64,000 bases of DNA from contig JAQBYC010000005.1 of the NCBI GenBank assembly GCA_027623205.1, positions 310 to 64,309 on the forward strand, in the 5' to 3' direction. How positions within the stretch are numbered: the first letter of the stretch is position 1; every line of letters starts with the position of its first letter. The notes beneath the pieces were generated by a model. The model was not told the DNA's origin and did no database searches. It saw only the letters and a program-made list of their open reading frames with translations. The DNA is from Pseudomonadota bacterium. GTDB lineage: Bacteria; Pseudomonadota; Alphaproteobacteria; GCA-2731375. The position numbers were made by a program, and so were the translations under genes. Positions 29,267-38,683 of this stretch are shown here, one piece after another.

Positions 29267-30553
29267 TCAGGCGGTCAGGAATTCCGTCCACCGTTTCACC
29301 AGATAATCGTTTTCGCTCATGATGGAGTTCCACACGGCGATATTCTTGAACCGTTGTTCATAGGATCCGCCATCACGCACCGCGCCCTTCGCGACAAGCG
29401 GCGTGCCGAAGGGGTCGGGCAGTTCCTTGGCAGCCGGTTTCCCTTCGTACCAGAAGTCCCATTCATCGGCCGGCAGGCTCTTTTTGGTGTTTGCCGTGGT
29501 CGACATGTAATAGCCCTGGCGGGCGACAAAGGCGCCGGCCCAGCCATCAAGCCACCAATTGACGTATTCATAAGCCTGATCCAGTTGCTTGCCGCTGGCC
29601 TTGGCCGATATCGCCAGGGCGCCGTGCCAGCCGCGCATGCCTTCCTTGGGCGAGGCATAGATACAGGGCACGCCTTCGGCGTTCACGGCCGTCACCGCCG
29701 GCGACCACATGCTTTGCAGGACAACTTCGCCACTGACCATCAGGTTGACCGATTGGCCGAAGGTTTCCCAGAAGGCCCGGAAGTGACCTTCCTTCTTCTT
29801 CTTCGTCAGGAAGTCGACCAGGACGTCGATTTCCTTGCGGGTCATGTCGCCTTTATCGCCAAACTTGATCAGACCCAGAGCCTCGACGCCCATGGCCGCA
29901 TCCATGGCGCCAATCTGAGGCACGTTCAATAGCGCCACCCGGCCCTTGAAATCGGAACTGAACAATTCCGCCCAGCTGTCAATGGAACGCTTGGTCTCCT
30001 TCGGGTTGTAGCCCAGGGAATCGGCGTTATGCCAACCCGGCACGGCCGAAATATAGCGCGACGGCCCCTTGGTCGGTGCACCGTTTTCGTCCACCCACAA
30101 TTTGTGAAACGGCGCATCGCCCTGGCCGATCTGCGAACCAGGGGTCAGTTTGCCGGTCTTGGTCAGATTCGAAACCTTGTCCCAGTCCCTGATACGCGTG
30201 GTATCGATCGGTTGGAACACCTTGGACGGCACCATGACATCGAACATGTCAAAGTAGCATTCGGAAACTTCATACTGGTCGTTCTGGTTCAGGGTTTTGC
30301 CAAACAGAGCACCGTAGCCAAGGGCCTGGCCGCGGACAGGAAAACCCAAATCCTTGGCCGCCTTGCCCTGGATCTCGTTGATGATACTGACGCCCAGGCC
30401 AATGCTCCGAATCGGATCGGCGGCCTGAACAATATTCGGGAAGCCGGTGATACCGCCCGCCGCCGCAATGCCCGCCGCGGTTCCCATGAATTTCCGGCGG
30501 CTGATCTTCAACAGCGCGCCAGTCGATTTTTTATTACCGTTTTTTGCAGTCAT
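29267..30553 (-). CDS. ABC transporter substrate-binding protein (PotD/PotF-like), Tat-exported
   Basis: SRRKFM twin-arginine leader; NADSLGY, SMWSPAV, KEGMRGW; GGGAGG RBS before ATG 30553. Confidence 0.85.
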   Translation of the reverse strand: MTAKNGNKKSTGALLKISRRKFMGTAAGIAAAGGITGFPNIVQAADPIRSIGLGVSIINEIQGKAAKDLGFPVRGQALGYGALFGKTLNQNDQYEVSECYFDMFDVMVPSKVFQPIDTTRIRDWDKVSNLTKTGKLTPGSQIGQGDAPFHKLWVDENGAPTKGPSRYISAVPGWHNADSLGYNPKETKRSIDSWAELFSSDFKGRVALLNVPQIGAMDAAMGVEALGLIKFGDKGDMTRKEIDVLVDFLTKKKKEGHFRAFWETFGQSVNLMVSGEVVLQSMWSPAVTAVNAEGVPCIYASPKEGMRGWHGALAISAKASGKQLDQAYEYVNWWLDGWAGAFVARQGYYMSTTANTKKSLPADEWDFWYEGKPAAKELPDPFGTPLVAKGAVRDGGSYEQRFKNIAVWNSIMSENDYLVKRWTEFLTA

Positions 30554-30746
30554 TTCCTGCCTCCCATTTGCCTGTTTGTCATGCGGCAATCATCGCACGA
30601 TCCTTGGCGGTAAATCCACGCCTTATCCATCCCTTGCTCCCGGCATCAATCCGCGGATCAAGCGCCTAGCGCAAAGCTGGTTTAATGATACATTAGGTTC
30701 GGAAACCGCCAAACTGAAAGTAACGGAATTATTCGGGGAGAAGGCT

Positions 30747-32216
30747 GTGACGGTCCTCATCAAAAACGGCCGCATCGTGACGGCAGCCGACGACTATAAC
30801 GCCGACATATTCATCGGCGGGGAAACGGTGTCCCTGATCGGCCGTAATCTGGAAATCGATGCGGACCATGTCATCGATGCCACCGGTAAACTGGTGATCC
30901 CGGGCGGCGTTGATCCGCACACTCATCTGGAAATGCCGTTCGGCGGCACCACCACCTCTGATACCTTCGAAACCGGCACCCGGGCCGCGGCCTTTGGCGG
31001 CACCACGACCATCGTTGATTTCGCCATTCAGACCAAGGGCACCTCGACCCTGGAAGCCCTGGATAGCTGGCATGGCAAGGCGGCGGGACGCACCGCCATC
31101 GACTATGGCTTTCACATGGTTATTACCGACATGCCCGAGGAACGGTTGCCGGAAATGCGCCGCCTCTCCGACGAAGGCGTCACCTCGTACAAGTTGTTCA
31201 TGGCCTATCCCGGCGTCCTGCTGTCCGATGACGGCACCATATTCCGCGCCATGCGCAAGGCGGGCGAGGACGGCACCCTGGTCTGCATGCACGCCGAAAA
31301 TGGCATCGTCATTGACGAATTGGTCAAAATTGCGCTTTCAGAGGGCCATATAGAACCGAAATATCACGCCCTGACCCGCCCAACCCGCCTGGAAGCCGAA
31401 GGCGCGCACCGCGCCCTGGCCATTGCCGAGGTTGCCCGGGCGCCGGTCTATCTGGTGCATCTGAGTTGTTTTGACGCCCTGGAACAATTGCGCATGGCCC
31501 AGGCGCGCGGCGTCATGGCCCATGCCGAAACCTGCCCGCAATATTTACTGCTGGACGTGGATTGCTATGACGAGCCGGGCTTCGATGGCGCCAAATACGT
31601 GCTGACGCCGCCCCTGCGGGAAAAATGGAACCAGGCCGAGTTATGGGGCGGGCTGCGCACTTCCGCGCTGGATGTGATCTCCACCGATCATTGCCCCTTC
31701 TGCATGCGTGACCAGAAGGCGCTTGGCCGCGATGATTTCAGCCAGATCCCCAACGGCGGCCCCGGCGTGGAAAACCGCATGAGTCTGATCTATCACCGGG
31801 GCGTCAATCACGGCAATATCTCGCTCAACCGCTTCGTCGAACTGACCTCCACCTCGCCGGCCAAAATCTTTGGCCTGTTTCCCAAGAAGGGCACCATCGC
31901 CGTGGGCAGCGATGCCGATATCGTCGTCTTCGATCCAGACCGCGAAGAGACGATTTCCCTGCACAATCCCCACACCCACCACATGAACATCGACTACAAC
32001 GCCTATGAAGGCACCAAGGTGCGCGGCTTTACCGAGACCGTGCTGTCGCGGGGCCGGGTGATCATCGACAAGGGCAATTATCTGGGCCGGCCCGGCGACG
32101 GCGCCTTCGTCAAACGCGGCCCCTACGGCGGCCTGCACGCCTCCAGCCGCGCCGCGGCCACCTCCATCGCGCTCAGCACCTCGGGCCGCCTTGGCGCGCC
32201 GGGGGCGCATCGGTAG
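30747..32216 (+). CDS. hydA: Dihydropyrimidinase / D-hydantoinase
   Basis: PGGVDPHTHLEMPF, SYKLFMAY (carbamylated Lys), MHAENG, VHLS, ETCPQYL, STDHCPF; GTG start after GGGGAG. Confidence 0.93.
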   Translation: MTVLIKNGRIVTAADDYNADIFIGGETVSLIGRNLEIDADHVIDATGKLVIPGGVDPHTHLEMPFGGTTTSDTFETGTRAAAFGGTTTIVDFAIQTKGTSTLEALDSWHGKAAGRTAIDYGFHMVITDMPEERLPEMRRLSDEGVTSYKLFMAYPGVLLSDDGTIFRAMRKAGEDGTLVCMHAENGIVIDELVKIALSEGHIEPKYHALTRPTRLEAEGAHRALAIAEVARAPVYLVHLSCFDALEQLRMAQARGVMAHAETCPQYLLLDVDCYDEPGFDGAKYVLTPPLREKWNQAELWGGLRTSALDVISTDHCPFCMRDQKALGRDDFSQIPNGGPGVENRMSLIYHRGVNHGNISLNRFVELTSTSPAKIFGLFPKKGTIAVGSDADIVVFDPDREETISLHNPHTHHMNIDYNAYEGTKVRGFTETVLSRGRVIIDKGNYLGRPGDGAFVKRGPYGGLHASSRAAATSIALSTSGRLGAPGAHR

Positions 32217-32225
32217 GCAGCCGCC

Positions 32226-32927
32226 TCAACGGCCCAGAAAATCCAGGATCCAAGCGGCGGCGGCGGCTTCATCGGTGGGCGCTTGCAGACTCTCCAGGGC
32301 GGTCTCCACGACCTCGCCGCCCATTTGATCACGGCGCATCCGGTATAGCTCGGCGGCAAAGTCCCTGGTCATTTCGGGATGGTTCTGGATGCTCAGAACG
32401 TTGGGGCCCACCGTCATGACGCCAATGGGGCAGAAGGCGCTGCCCGCCAGCACCTCGGCGCCCGGGGGCGGTGTTGTGACCTGGTCCTGATGCGAGGCCA
32501 GCAGGGCGAGGCTTGCCAGCGGCGGGCGCATCCAATCCGCCCGGCCCACGACGTCATGCCGATGCACCCCGGCGCCCCACCCAGGGGCCTTGACCACCGT
32601 GCCGCCAAAGGCCTGGGCCACCAGCTGATGGCCAAAACAGATGCCGACCACGGGTTGCGTTTCCGCCGCCGCCCGGGTGAAGGCCTCCAATTGGGCGATC
32701 CAATCGTCGCCGTCATAGACGCTGGCCGCGCTGCCGGTGATCAACCAGCCGTCGCAGGCATCGCCCGCCTGGGGAAATTCGCCCAGATAGCAACGGTAGG
32801 GGCGCAGTATCGGCCCGGCGCCAGCAGGCGCCAGAAATCGTTGGAACGCTTCCGTGAAAGTGCCGAAGTGAGCCGAAAATTCCGCTGCGACCGCGCCCGC
32901 CTCAAGAATACCAATGGTCAACGTCAT
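32226..32927 (-). CDS. Class I glutamine amidotransferase-like protein
   Basis: LITGS, GICFGHQ, HQDQV, QNHPE. Confidence 0.9.
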   Translation of the reverse strand: MTLTIGILEAGAVAAEFSAHFGTFTEAFQRFLAPAGAGPILRPYRCYLGEFPQAGDACDGWLITGSAASVYDGDDWIAQLEAFTRAAAETQPVVGICFGHQLVAQAFGGTVVKAPGWGAGVHRHDVVGRADWMRPPLASLALLASHQDQVTTPPPGAEVLAGSAFCPIGVMTVGPNVLSIQNHPEMTRDFAAELYRMRRDQMGGEVVETALESLQAPTDEAAAAAWILDFLGR

Positions 32928-32929
32928 GC

Positions 32930-33847
32930 TTAGGAATCGACCAAATTGCCCTGGTCGTCGCGGGTCTCCGGACCGCGCACGCGGGCCCGGCCATCGCCGA
33001 AGTTCTGGTCCCGGCCCGCCAGGGCAGCCTTGAGGCCCTGGTCCTTCGCCACCTGGCGGAAGGAACGCGTTCCCGGTGCCAGGTGGGCGCGGGCGTCGTT
33101 TTCCGCCGCCAGCCGCTGCAGGGTCCGCGCCCCCATCAACTCCAGCCCAAGGTTGACGATGCGTTTATTGGCGGCCAGCAGATCGGGATCGATTTGCGCC
33201 ATGCGCCCGGCCAGGCCTTCAACCTCCGCCTCCAACAGATCGGCGGGCACCGATTTCATCACCAGGCCGATTTCCACCGCTTCCGCGCCGGTGATGGTAT
33301 CGCCGGTCAGCACCAGGCGCTTGGCCCACTGCGGTCCGCAATGATAGACCCACATCTGGTTCGGTAACGAGCCCAGATCACGGGCCGGGGGAAAGCCGAT
33401 TACCGCGTCATCCGCCGCGATCACCATGTCGCACAGCAAGGCGATATCCGTGCCGCCGGCCAGACAATGGCCATGCACCTGGGCAATGGTGGGTTTGTGC
33501 ATATCGAACAGCGCCATGCGCAGGCGCTGGCTGTATTCCAGGCGCCAGATGTCATCATCAATGGTCGGATCGGCATAGATGCCGCCGTCCCGATAGTTTC
33601 GTCCCGGCCGCCCCCCCGCGGGTGGATTGTTCAGCCCCGGTGTCAGATCGTAACCGGCGCTGAACGATGGCCCCGCGCCACGGATGATGATGCTATGCAC
33701 CGCCTTGTCGTTGTCGGCTTCCCACAGGGCGGCGTTCAATTCCTCCAACAGCGGCACCGAAAGCGCATTGCGCTTGGCGGGTCTGTTCAGGGTAATGCGG
33801 GCGCGGCCGTCCACCGCCTGGTAAATGATATGCTCGAAATCATCCAT
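32930..33847 (-). CDS. Crotonase/enoyl-CoA hydratase family protein
   Basis: LNRPAKRNALS, FSAGYDL, KPTIAQVHGHCLAGG. Confidence 0.9.
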   Translation of the reverse strand: MDDFEHIIYQAVDGRARITLNRPAKRNALSVPLLEELNAALWEADNDKAVHSIIIRGAGPSFSAGYDLTPGLNNPPAGGRPGRNYRDGGIYADPTIDDDIWRLEYSQRLRMALFDMHKPTIAQVHGHCLAGGTDIALLCDMVIAADDAVIGFPPARDLGSLPNQMWVYHCGPQWAKRLVLTGDTITGAEAVEIGLVMKSVPADLLEAEVEGLAGRMAQIDPDLLAANKRIVNLGLELMGARTLQRLAAENDARAHLAPGTRSFRQVAKDQGLKAALAGRDQNFGDGRARVRGPETRDDQGNLVDS

Positions 33848-33877
33848 GGCGAAAACCCATACCAGGGTTGGCCCGTA

Positions 33878-34351
33878 TCAAGCCCGGCCCCGACGACCGA
33901 CGGGACGCATGACCTTCAACAGCCAGAAAATGACGCAAAAGACGCCGGTCAAAATGATCAGCGCAAGCACCGCGGCCAGGCGTTTGCCAAAGGCTTCATC
34001 CAGGCTGTAGCCGGGCGCCAGCAAATAGACGCACAGGATCTGCACCGCCTGCAGCGCGGCCCCGGCGCTAAACAAAATGGCGATAAAGGTCGAACCGCGC
34101 AGCGAGGTCAGCACCATGGCCTCGACGCTGCGCTGCTGCACGATATGGGTCTGATAGGCGCGCCAGTGATAGCCGCAGAAGCCAACAATACCGACGATCA
34201 CCACGGCCCAGAGAATGGCGTTTTCATAGCTCAAGCCGTTCAGGACCAGATTGAACAGATCCTCGAACGGTTGATAGAAATACAAAAATATCAAAACGAC
34301 GATGTAGACTATGAAACCAACAAGGGTCCAGAACCATTGCCAACCACTCAT
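33878..34351 (-). CDS. Unknown multi-TM membrane protein (paralogue of 13851..14378)
   Basis: See 13851..14378; colinear motifs over the whole length. Confidence 0.75.
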   Translation of the reverse strand: MSGWQWFWTLVGFIVYIVVLIFLYFYQPFEDLFNLVLNGLSYENAILWAVVIVGIVGFCGYHWRAYQTHIVQQRSVEAMVLTSLRGSTFIAILFSAGAALQAVQILCVYLLAPGYSLDEAFGKRLAAVLALIILTGVFCVIFWLLKVMRPVGRRGRA

Positions 34352-34442
34352 ATGCCGTCCCCTTCAACCCTTGTTCCGCGGGGCATGTTAACTCTCTCAA
34401 TGTTATTGCGATAGACCCAGGTTTTACAAAACACCGGGAAAT

Positions 34443-35276
34443 CTAGTTATTTTCCGGCAAGGCGGCGGCGATCAGGCGGCCGAAAATGACCATCTCGGGG
34501 CTGGTCCGGCGGTACATATCGAGCGCGGCGAGCACGGCGGGGATTTCATCCAGGGCTGGCGCCCCTTGCTCTGATATGGGCGGCAGCGTGGGGAACTGCG
34601 CCGCCACCGCCGCGTCGATGCCGGCCAGCAAGGCTTTTCGCGCCGTATCCGTTTCAACTGCCCTGCCCAAGGGCGCCAGCCACCCGCCCAGGTGCGCGAT
34701 ATAGGCCGGCCAATGGGCGAGCATCAGGTAGAGCCCCGGCACGAAGGGCTGGCCATCGACCGCCGTACCAAGCCGTAGCAGGACCGCCTGGGTATCCTTG
34801 TCCAACGCCGCGATATCGGCCAGGGCGGGCGGCGCCGGCAAGGCCCCAGGCGGTTGCCAGGTCGCGGCGGGCGAGCCGGGCGTGGTGCCGCCGGCAGGCC
34901 GTTCACCCTTTAACAGACGCCGCAGCAGGCCGGAAAACATCAGATTGACCGGCGCCACCCGGACAAATCCGGCACATACATCCGCGATGATCCGCTGGTC
35001 GGCGGCGTCGACACCAAACTGCCGCAGGAACCCGGCCGGCAGGGGCGATAGGGTTGGCAGTTCCAGGCCGCCGGCCACCCGCCAAGCGGCGGTTTGCGCC
35101 TGCCCGGACCGGAACGCAGGCCCCAGGGCCGACCAGACCCATTCCAGCCGGCCCGGCCGGGTCGCCAGATGGCGTTGCAAGGAGGACACGTAGGGCACGG
35201 CCCAGAGCCTGCGGATCTCGCCATATATTTCGGCGATGCGGCCCTCGGCCGCCGCTTCGGGTAGTTCAGCCAGCAT
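34443..35276 (-). CDS. DehI-like (group I haloacid dehalogenase fold) protein
   Basis: ELPEAAAEGRIAEIYGEIRRLWAVPYV..LATRPG.L..VW, with an internal second copy PFVPGLY..LAHWPAY. Family recalled from memory. Confidence 0.55.
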   Translation of the reverse strand: MLAELPEAAAEGRIAEIYGEIRRLWAVPYVSSLQRHLATRPGRLEWVWSALGPAFRSGQAQTAAWRVAGGLELPTLSPLPAGFLRQFGVDAADQRIIADVCAGFVRVAPVNLMFSGLLRRLLKGERPAGGTTPGSPAATWQPPGALPAPPALADIAALDKDTQAVLLRLGTAVDGQPFVPGLYLMLAHWPAYIAHLGGWLAPLGRAVETDTARKALLAGIDAAVAAQFPTLPPISEQGAPALDEIPAVLAALDMYRRTSPEMVIFGRLIAAALPENN

Positions 35277-36708
35277 CTGGATGGGGAGTCTTGATTGCCA
35301 AGGGCGGCCGGCGCTGATGCCATTCCGTGGCCTGCTCGTAAGCATCCGCCACCTGCAACAGCAATGGCTCCTCGAACCAGGGGCCTAGAAGTTGTAGGCC
35401 GATGGGCAAGCCATCCTGGGTGAAACCACAGGGAATGGAGATCGCCGGCTGCCCGGTGAAACAGGCCAGCCGGGTCAGCTGCCCAAGAACTTTCCAGCCG
35501 ATAACCGATTGATCGCCCACCATTATCTCGCCGGTATCAATGGGGACCGACGGTATCACCGCCGTCGGCATGGCCAGAATGGGTGTCCGTTCCAGAACGC
35601 CGGCCATTTCCCGGCGCACCCGGGCCTGGGTTTGCCGGGCCAGGATGTAATCCGAGGCGGATAGACCCTCGCCCAGGCGAAGTCGCTGGTTCACGTCCGG
35701 CGACAGATCATCCGCGTTGTTCTGCAAATGCGCGCCATGCACCGTGTGAGCCTCGCCCATGGCCATGACGTTCCAGCCCTGCCGCGCCTCGCGGTTAAAG
35801 GGCAGGACGACCTCCTCGATCACGGCGCCCAACGCGTCAAGAACCACCAGGGCAGCCTGCACCGCCGCCTCGACATCAGGATGCAGGCGGTCAAAATAGA
35901 AATCCCGTGGCACACCGATACGCAGACCGTCCAGGGGCCGGCCCAACAGGGCGGTGTATTCAGCGACCTTGGCACCTGCCGTGCTGGGATCCGCCTCGTC
36001 CGCGCCGGCGATGGCATCCAGCACCAGGGCCGCGTCACGCACCGTGCGGGCCAGGGGGCCGCCATGATCCATGCTTTCGCACAGCGGATAGATGCCCGCG
36101 CGGGAGGCCAGACCATAGGTTTGTTTCAGGCCGACAACGCCGCACAGGGCGGCCGGAATACGGATCGAGCCGCCCGTGTCGCTGCCCAGGGTGGCCATGG
36201 CCAGATGGGCGGCGGTGGCGCAGCCCGAGCCGGAGGAAGAACCGCCACAGACCCGGTCCGTGTTCCACGGATTCCGCGCCGTGCCGACGATGGGATTGAT
36301 CCCGGTGGGGCCAAAGGCGAATTCGTGCAAATTCAGCAAACCCACCATGATGGCGCCCGCCTCGCGCAGACGGCCAACAGAGGTCGCATCGCTGTTGGCC
36401 ACGCCTTCGGCAAGGATCCGTGAACCACAGGTGCGTTCCATCCCCGCGACCTGAAACAGGTCCTTCACCGCCATGGGTATGCCATGCAGGGGACCACGGT
36501 AACGGCCCGCCGCGATCTCCGCCTCGGCCGCCTTGGCCGCCGCCAGGGCGGCATCGGGGTAAAGCGAGATATAGGCGTTCAAGTCGGGGTTCAACGCCTC
36601 GATCCGCGCCAGCTGGCTTTGCATGACTTCGACGGGGGAGACTTCCCCGCCCGCGATCAGCGGCGCCAGGGCCGCGATATCCATCAAGGCCAGGTTGTCA
36701 CGACTCAT
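35266..36708 (-). CDS. Amidase signature family enzyme
   Basis: GPLHGIPMAVKD, GGSSSGSG, GSDTGGSIRIPA (K-cisS-S triad). Confidence 0.92.
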   Translation of the reverse strand: MSRDNLALMDIAALAPLIAGGEVSPVEVMQSQLARIEALNPDLNAYISLYPDAALAAAKAAEAEIAAGRYRGPLHGIPMAVKDLFQVAGMERTCGSRILAEGVANSDATSVGRLREAGAIMVGLLNLHEFAFGPTGINPIVGTARNPWNTDRVCGGSSSGSGCATAAHLAMATLGSDTGGSIRIPAALCGVVGLKQTYGLASRAGIYPLCESMDHGGPLARTVRDAALVLDAIAGADEADPSTAGAKVAEYTALLGRPLDGLRIGVPRDFYFDRLHPDVEAAVQAALVVLDALGAVIEEVVLPFNREARQGWNVMAMGEAHTVHGAHLQNNADDLSPDVNQRLRLGEGLSASDYILARQTQARVRREMAGVLERTPILAMPTAVIPSVPIDTGEIMVGDQSVIGWKVLGQLTRLACFTGQPAISIPCGFTQDGLPIGLQLLGPWFEEPLLLQVADAYEQATEWHQRRPPLAIKTPHPDAG

Positions 36709-37802
36709 GACGCGACCTCCGGCACCGCGATGATCAACAATATACCATAGACGGCGACATAGATGGCATCCTTGACCGCGCCCAGGCCCTGTTTGCTCTC
36801 GTTACCCTCATCACGACCCTGGATCAACAGCACAATAATCTCCAGCACGAAGGCGATGATCCCTAGAAACAGGAACGGCCAAATTGTGCTCCACCACGAC
36901 AAATCCACCGGCACCGCGACGCCCTGCACCGTACGCCAGATCAGCAACAATAGGGGCAGCGCAATCAGGTAGGCATGGGCAACCAGGAAACGAAAGCGCG
37001 TGCGTGTACGGTCCAGCAGCCAGAAAATCAGGAAAAACAGCGCCACGTAGAGAACATCCCAGAACACGGCGGCATATTTTTCACCTCCCCCCTGGTGCTG
37101 CAAATTAAGAAAGCCCAGGATCAACAGGAAGGTCATGGCATCGCACAGCAGCCATTCACGCAGATTTTCCGCGCCGCCCTTGACGTTCCAGCCCCGCGCC
37201 GCCTTGTCGAACAACAGAACCAGGGCGACCGCCAGACTGGCCGGATAGATCAGGCGCAAAACGACCAGATATTGTTCCGCCCGCGGCAAATAGACCCAGT
37301 TCAACAGCAAAAAGGCAACCAGCAGCGCCAATAGGCCCAGCATGCGCAATCCCGCCGAGGTCGGCTGGACAATGCCTTCGGAACCTTCAGATGCCGGCGC
37401 CGGCATGCCGGCCGATGCCGGCGATGCACCTGCTGCGCGCCCCTGCGCGATAGAATTATGACGGGAAGACTGAGCGATCAGGTAGACCAAAAAGCCGATC
37501 AGGCCCAGGCCGCCGACCACCAGCATGATGACGAAGAAAGCCATGGCCCGGCTGTCTGCCCGCCAATCCACAGCCTGACCCATTAGACCCTGGGTGGAAA
37601 ACTGCCAGACCCCAAGGATTACCACCACCAGCAGCAGCAGCGCAGCCAATAGATACGGATACCAACGGTTTGGCGCGCCTTCGGAAACAGCGCCCTTGGA
37701 TCGGGACAGCGCGCGGCCAACCAGAAATACCAGGAAGGCCAGCACCCCGACCACGGCAATGGCGGCCATCACCTGTAAAAACACAACCGAACGACTATCC
37801 AC
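36705..37802 (-). CDS. Unknown polytopic membrane protein
   Basis: About 10 hydrophobic segments; stop overlaps the amidase start (ATGA). Confidence 0.7.
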   Translation of the reverse strand: MDSRSVVFLQVMAAIAVVGVLAFLVFLVGRALSRSKGAVSEGAPNRWYPYLLAALLLLVVVILGVWQFSTQGLMGQAVDWRADSRAMAFFVIMLVVGGLGLIGFLVYLIAQSSRHNSIAQGRAAGASPASAGMPAPASEGSEGIVQPTSAGLRMLGLLALLVAFLLLNWVYLPRAEQYLVVLRLIYPASLAVALVLLFDKAARGWNVKGGAENLREWLLCDAMTFLLILGFLNLQHQGGGEKYAAVFWDVLYVALFFLIFWLLDRTRTRFRFLVAHAYLIALPLLLLIWRTVQGVAVPVDLSWWSTIWPFLFLGIIAFVLEIIVLLIQGRDEGNESKQGLGAVKDAIYVAVYGILLIIAVPEVAS

Positions 37803-37932
37803 GAAACACCCCGTGCCCCCTATTTCACGCTACCGCAAAGACTTCTGATTATGCCGATGCATCTAGTCCGCGCATCGTCTCCAGATAATCCAATACATCT
37901 TCCACACTGACAACCAAGCCCGATCCTAAATT

Positions 37933-38607
37933 TTACGTTCGCAGCGTTACGCCGAAGCGGTCCTTGAAGGCCCGGCGCAACGCATCAAACCGCACGCCGA
38001 CCCGAATCACGGAAAAATCGCGGAAATCTACGATAGTCGAAGATCGACCCTGATGGTTGGCATATTGCGACAGGCCGTAATCGAAGGCGATGTCGGCGGC
38101 GGCGCGGACGACATCATCAATATCTTCCAGGCGGTACTTGCTGCCTGAAAGAGACAGATTGGCCGACGAACCGAACACCGGCATCTCCCGCTCCCACGAC
38201 TCATGGGCGATCACGTCGTGCAAGTGCCCGGCGTTCAGCAGCATATCCAGGGTCCCCGCCTTGGACGAGGATTGCAGTACGAAGGGATCGACATTTTGCA
38301 GAACGGGATGCGCCTCGCGAAACGGCGCCACCACGGAAAACGGCAACCCCACCGCCTCGACCATTTCCCGCACCATGGCGTGCTTTTCCTTTGCCATGAC
38401 ATGCAACTGCCGGCTCATGGCAAAATTCCCGAACATACCGCTTGGTTTTTCGTAACTGCGCTGCTTGGCATCGAAAATGCGGCGAACGCCCTGGGTCGTC
38501 GCGGCCAAAATGGCATAGGCCACGTCCAAGGGCGCAATCGCCACGCCGCCGTCGGCCAGGACATCCAGCAAGGCATTGGCGTCAGCCCGAACCCGTTGCG
38601 CGTTCAT
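37933..38607 (-). CDS. YrdC/Sua5-domain protein (divergent)
   Basis: GGVAIAPLDVAYAI, IFDAKQRSYEKP (KxR), GSSANLSLS (SxN), SSTIVD; ATG 38607. Confidence 0.75.
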   Translation of the reverse strand: MNAQRVRADANALLDVLADGGVAIAPLDVAYAILAATTQGVRRIFDAKQRSYEKPSGMFGNFAMSRQLHVMAKEKHAMVREMVEAVGLPFSVVAPFREAHPVLQNVDPFVLQSSSKAGTLDMLLNAGHLHDVIAHESWEREMPVFGSSANLSLSGSKYRLEDIDDVVRAAADIAFDYGLSQYANHQGRSSTIVDFRDFSVIRVGVRFDALRRAFKDRFGVTLRT

Positions 38608-38683
38608 CGGATCACCTGTGCGCCGCTCGTCCGGACTGGCCGGAACAATGGCTGTTTCCGCTTCAATGACCGGATTTTCCACC

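Noticed and set aside
30447-30746. 100-aa N-terminal extension of the dihydropyrimidinase (likewise the extended starts given for upp, the MFP and the deacetylase)
   Set aside because: It overlaps the divergent gene or intergenic DNA; homology and RBS support the downstream starts.
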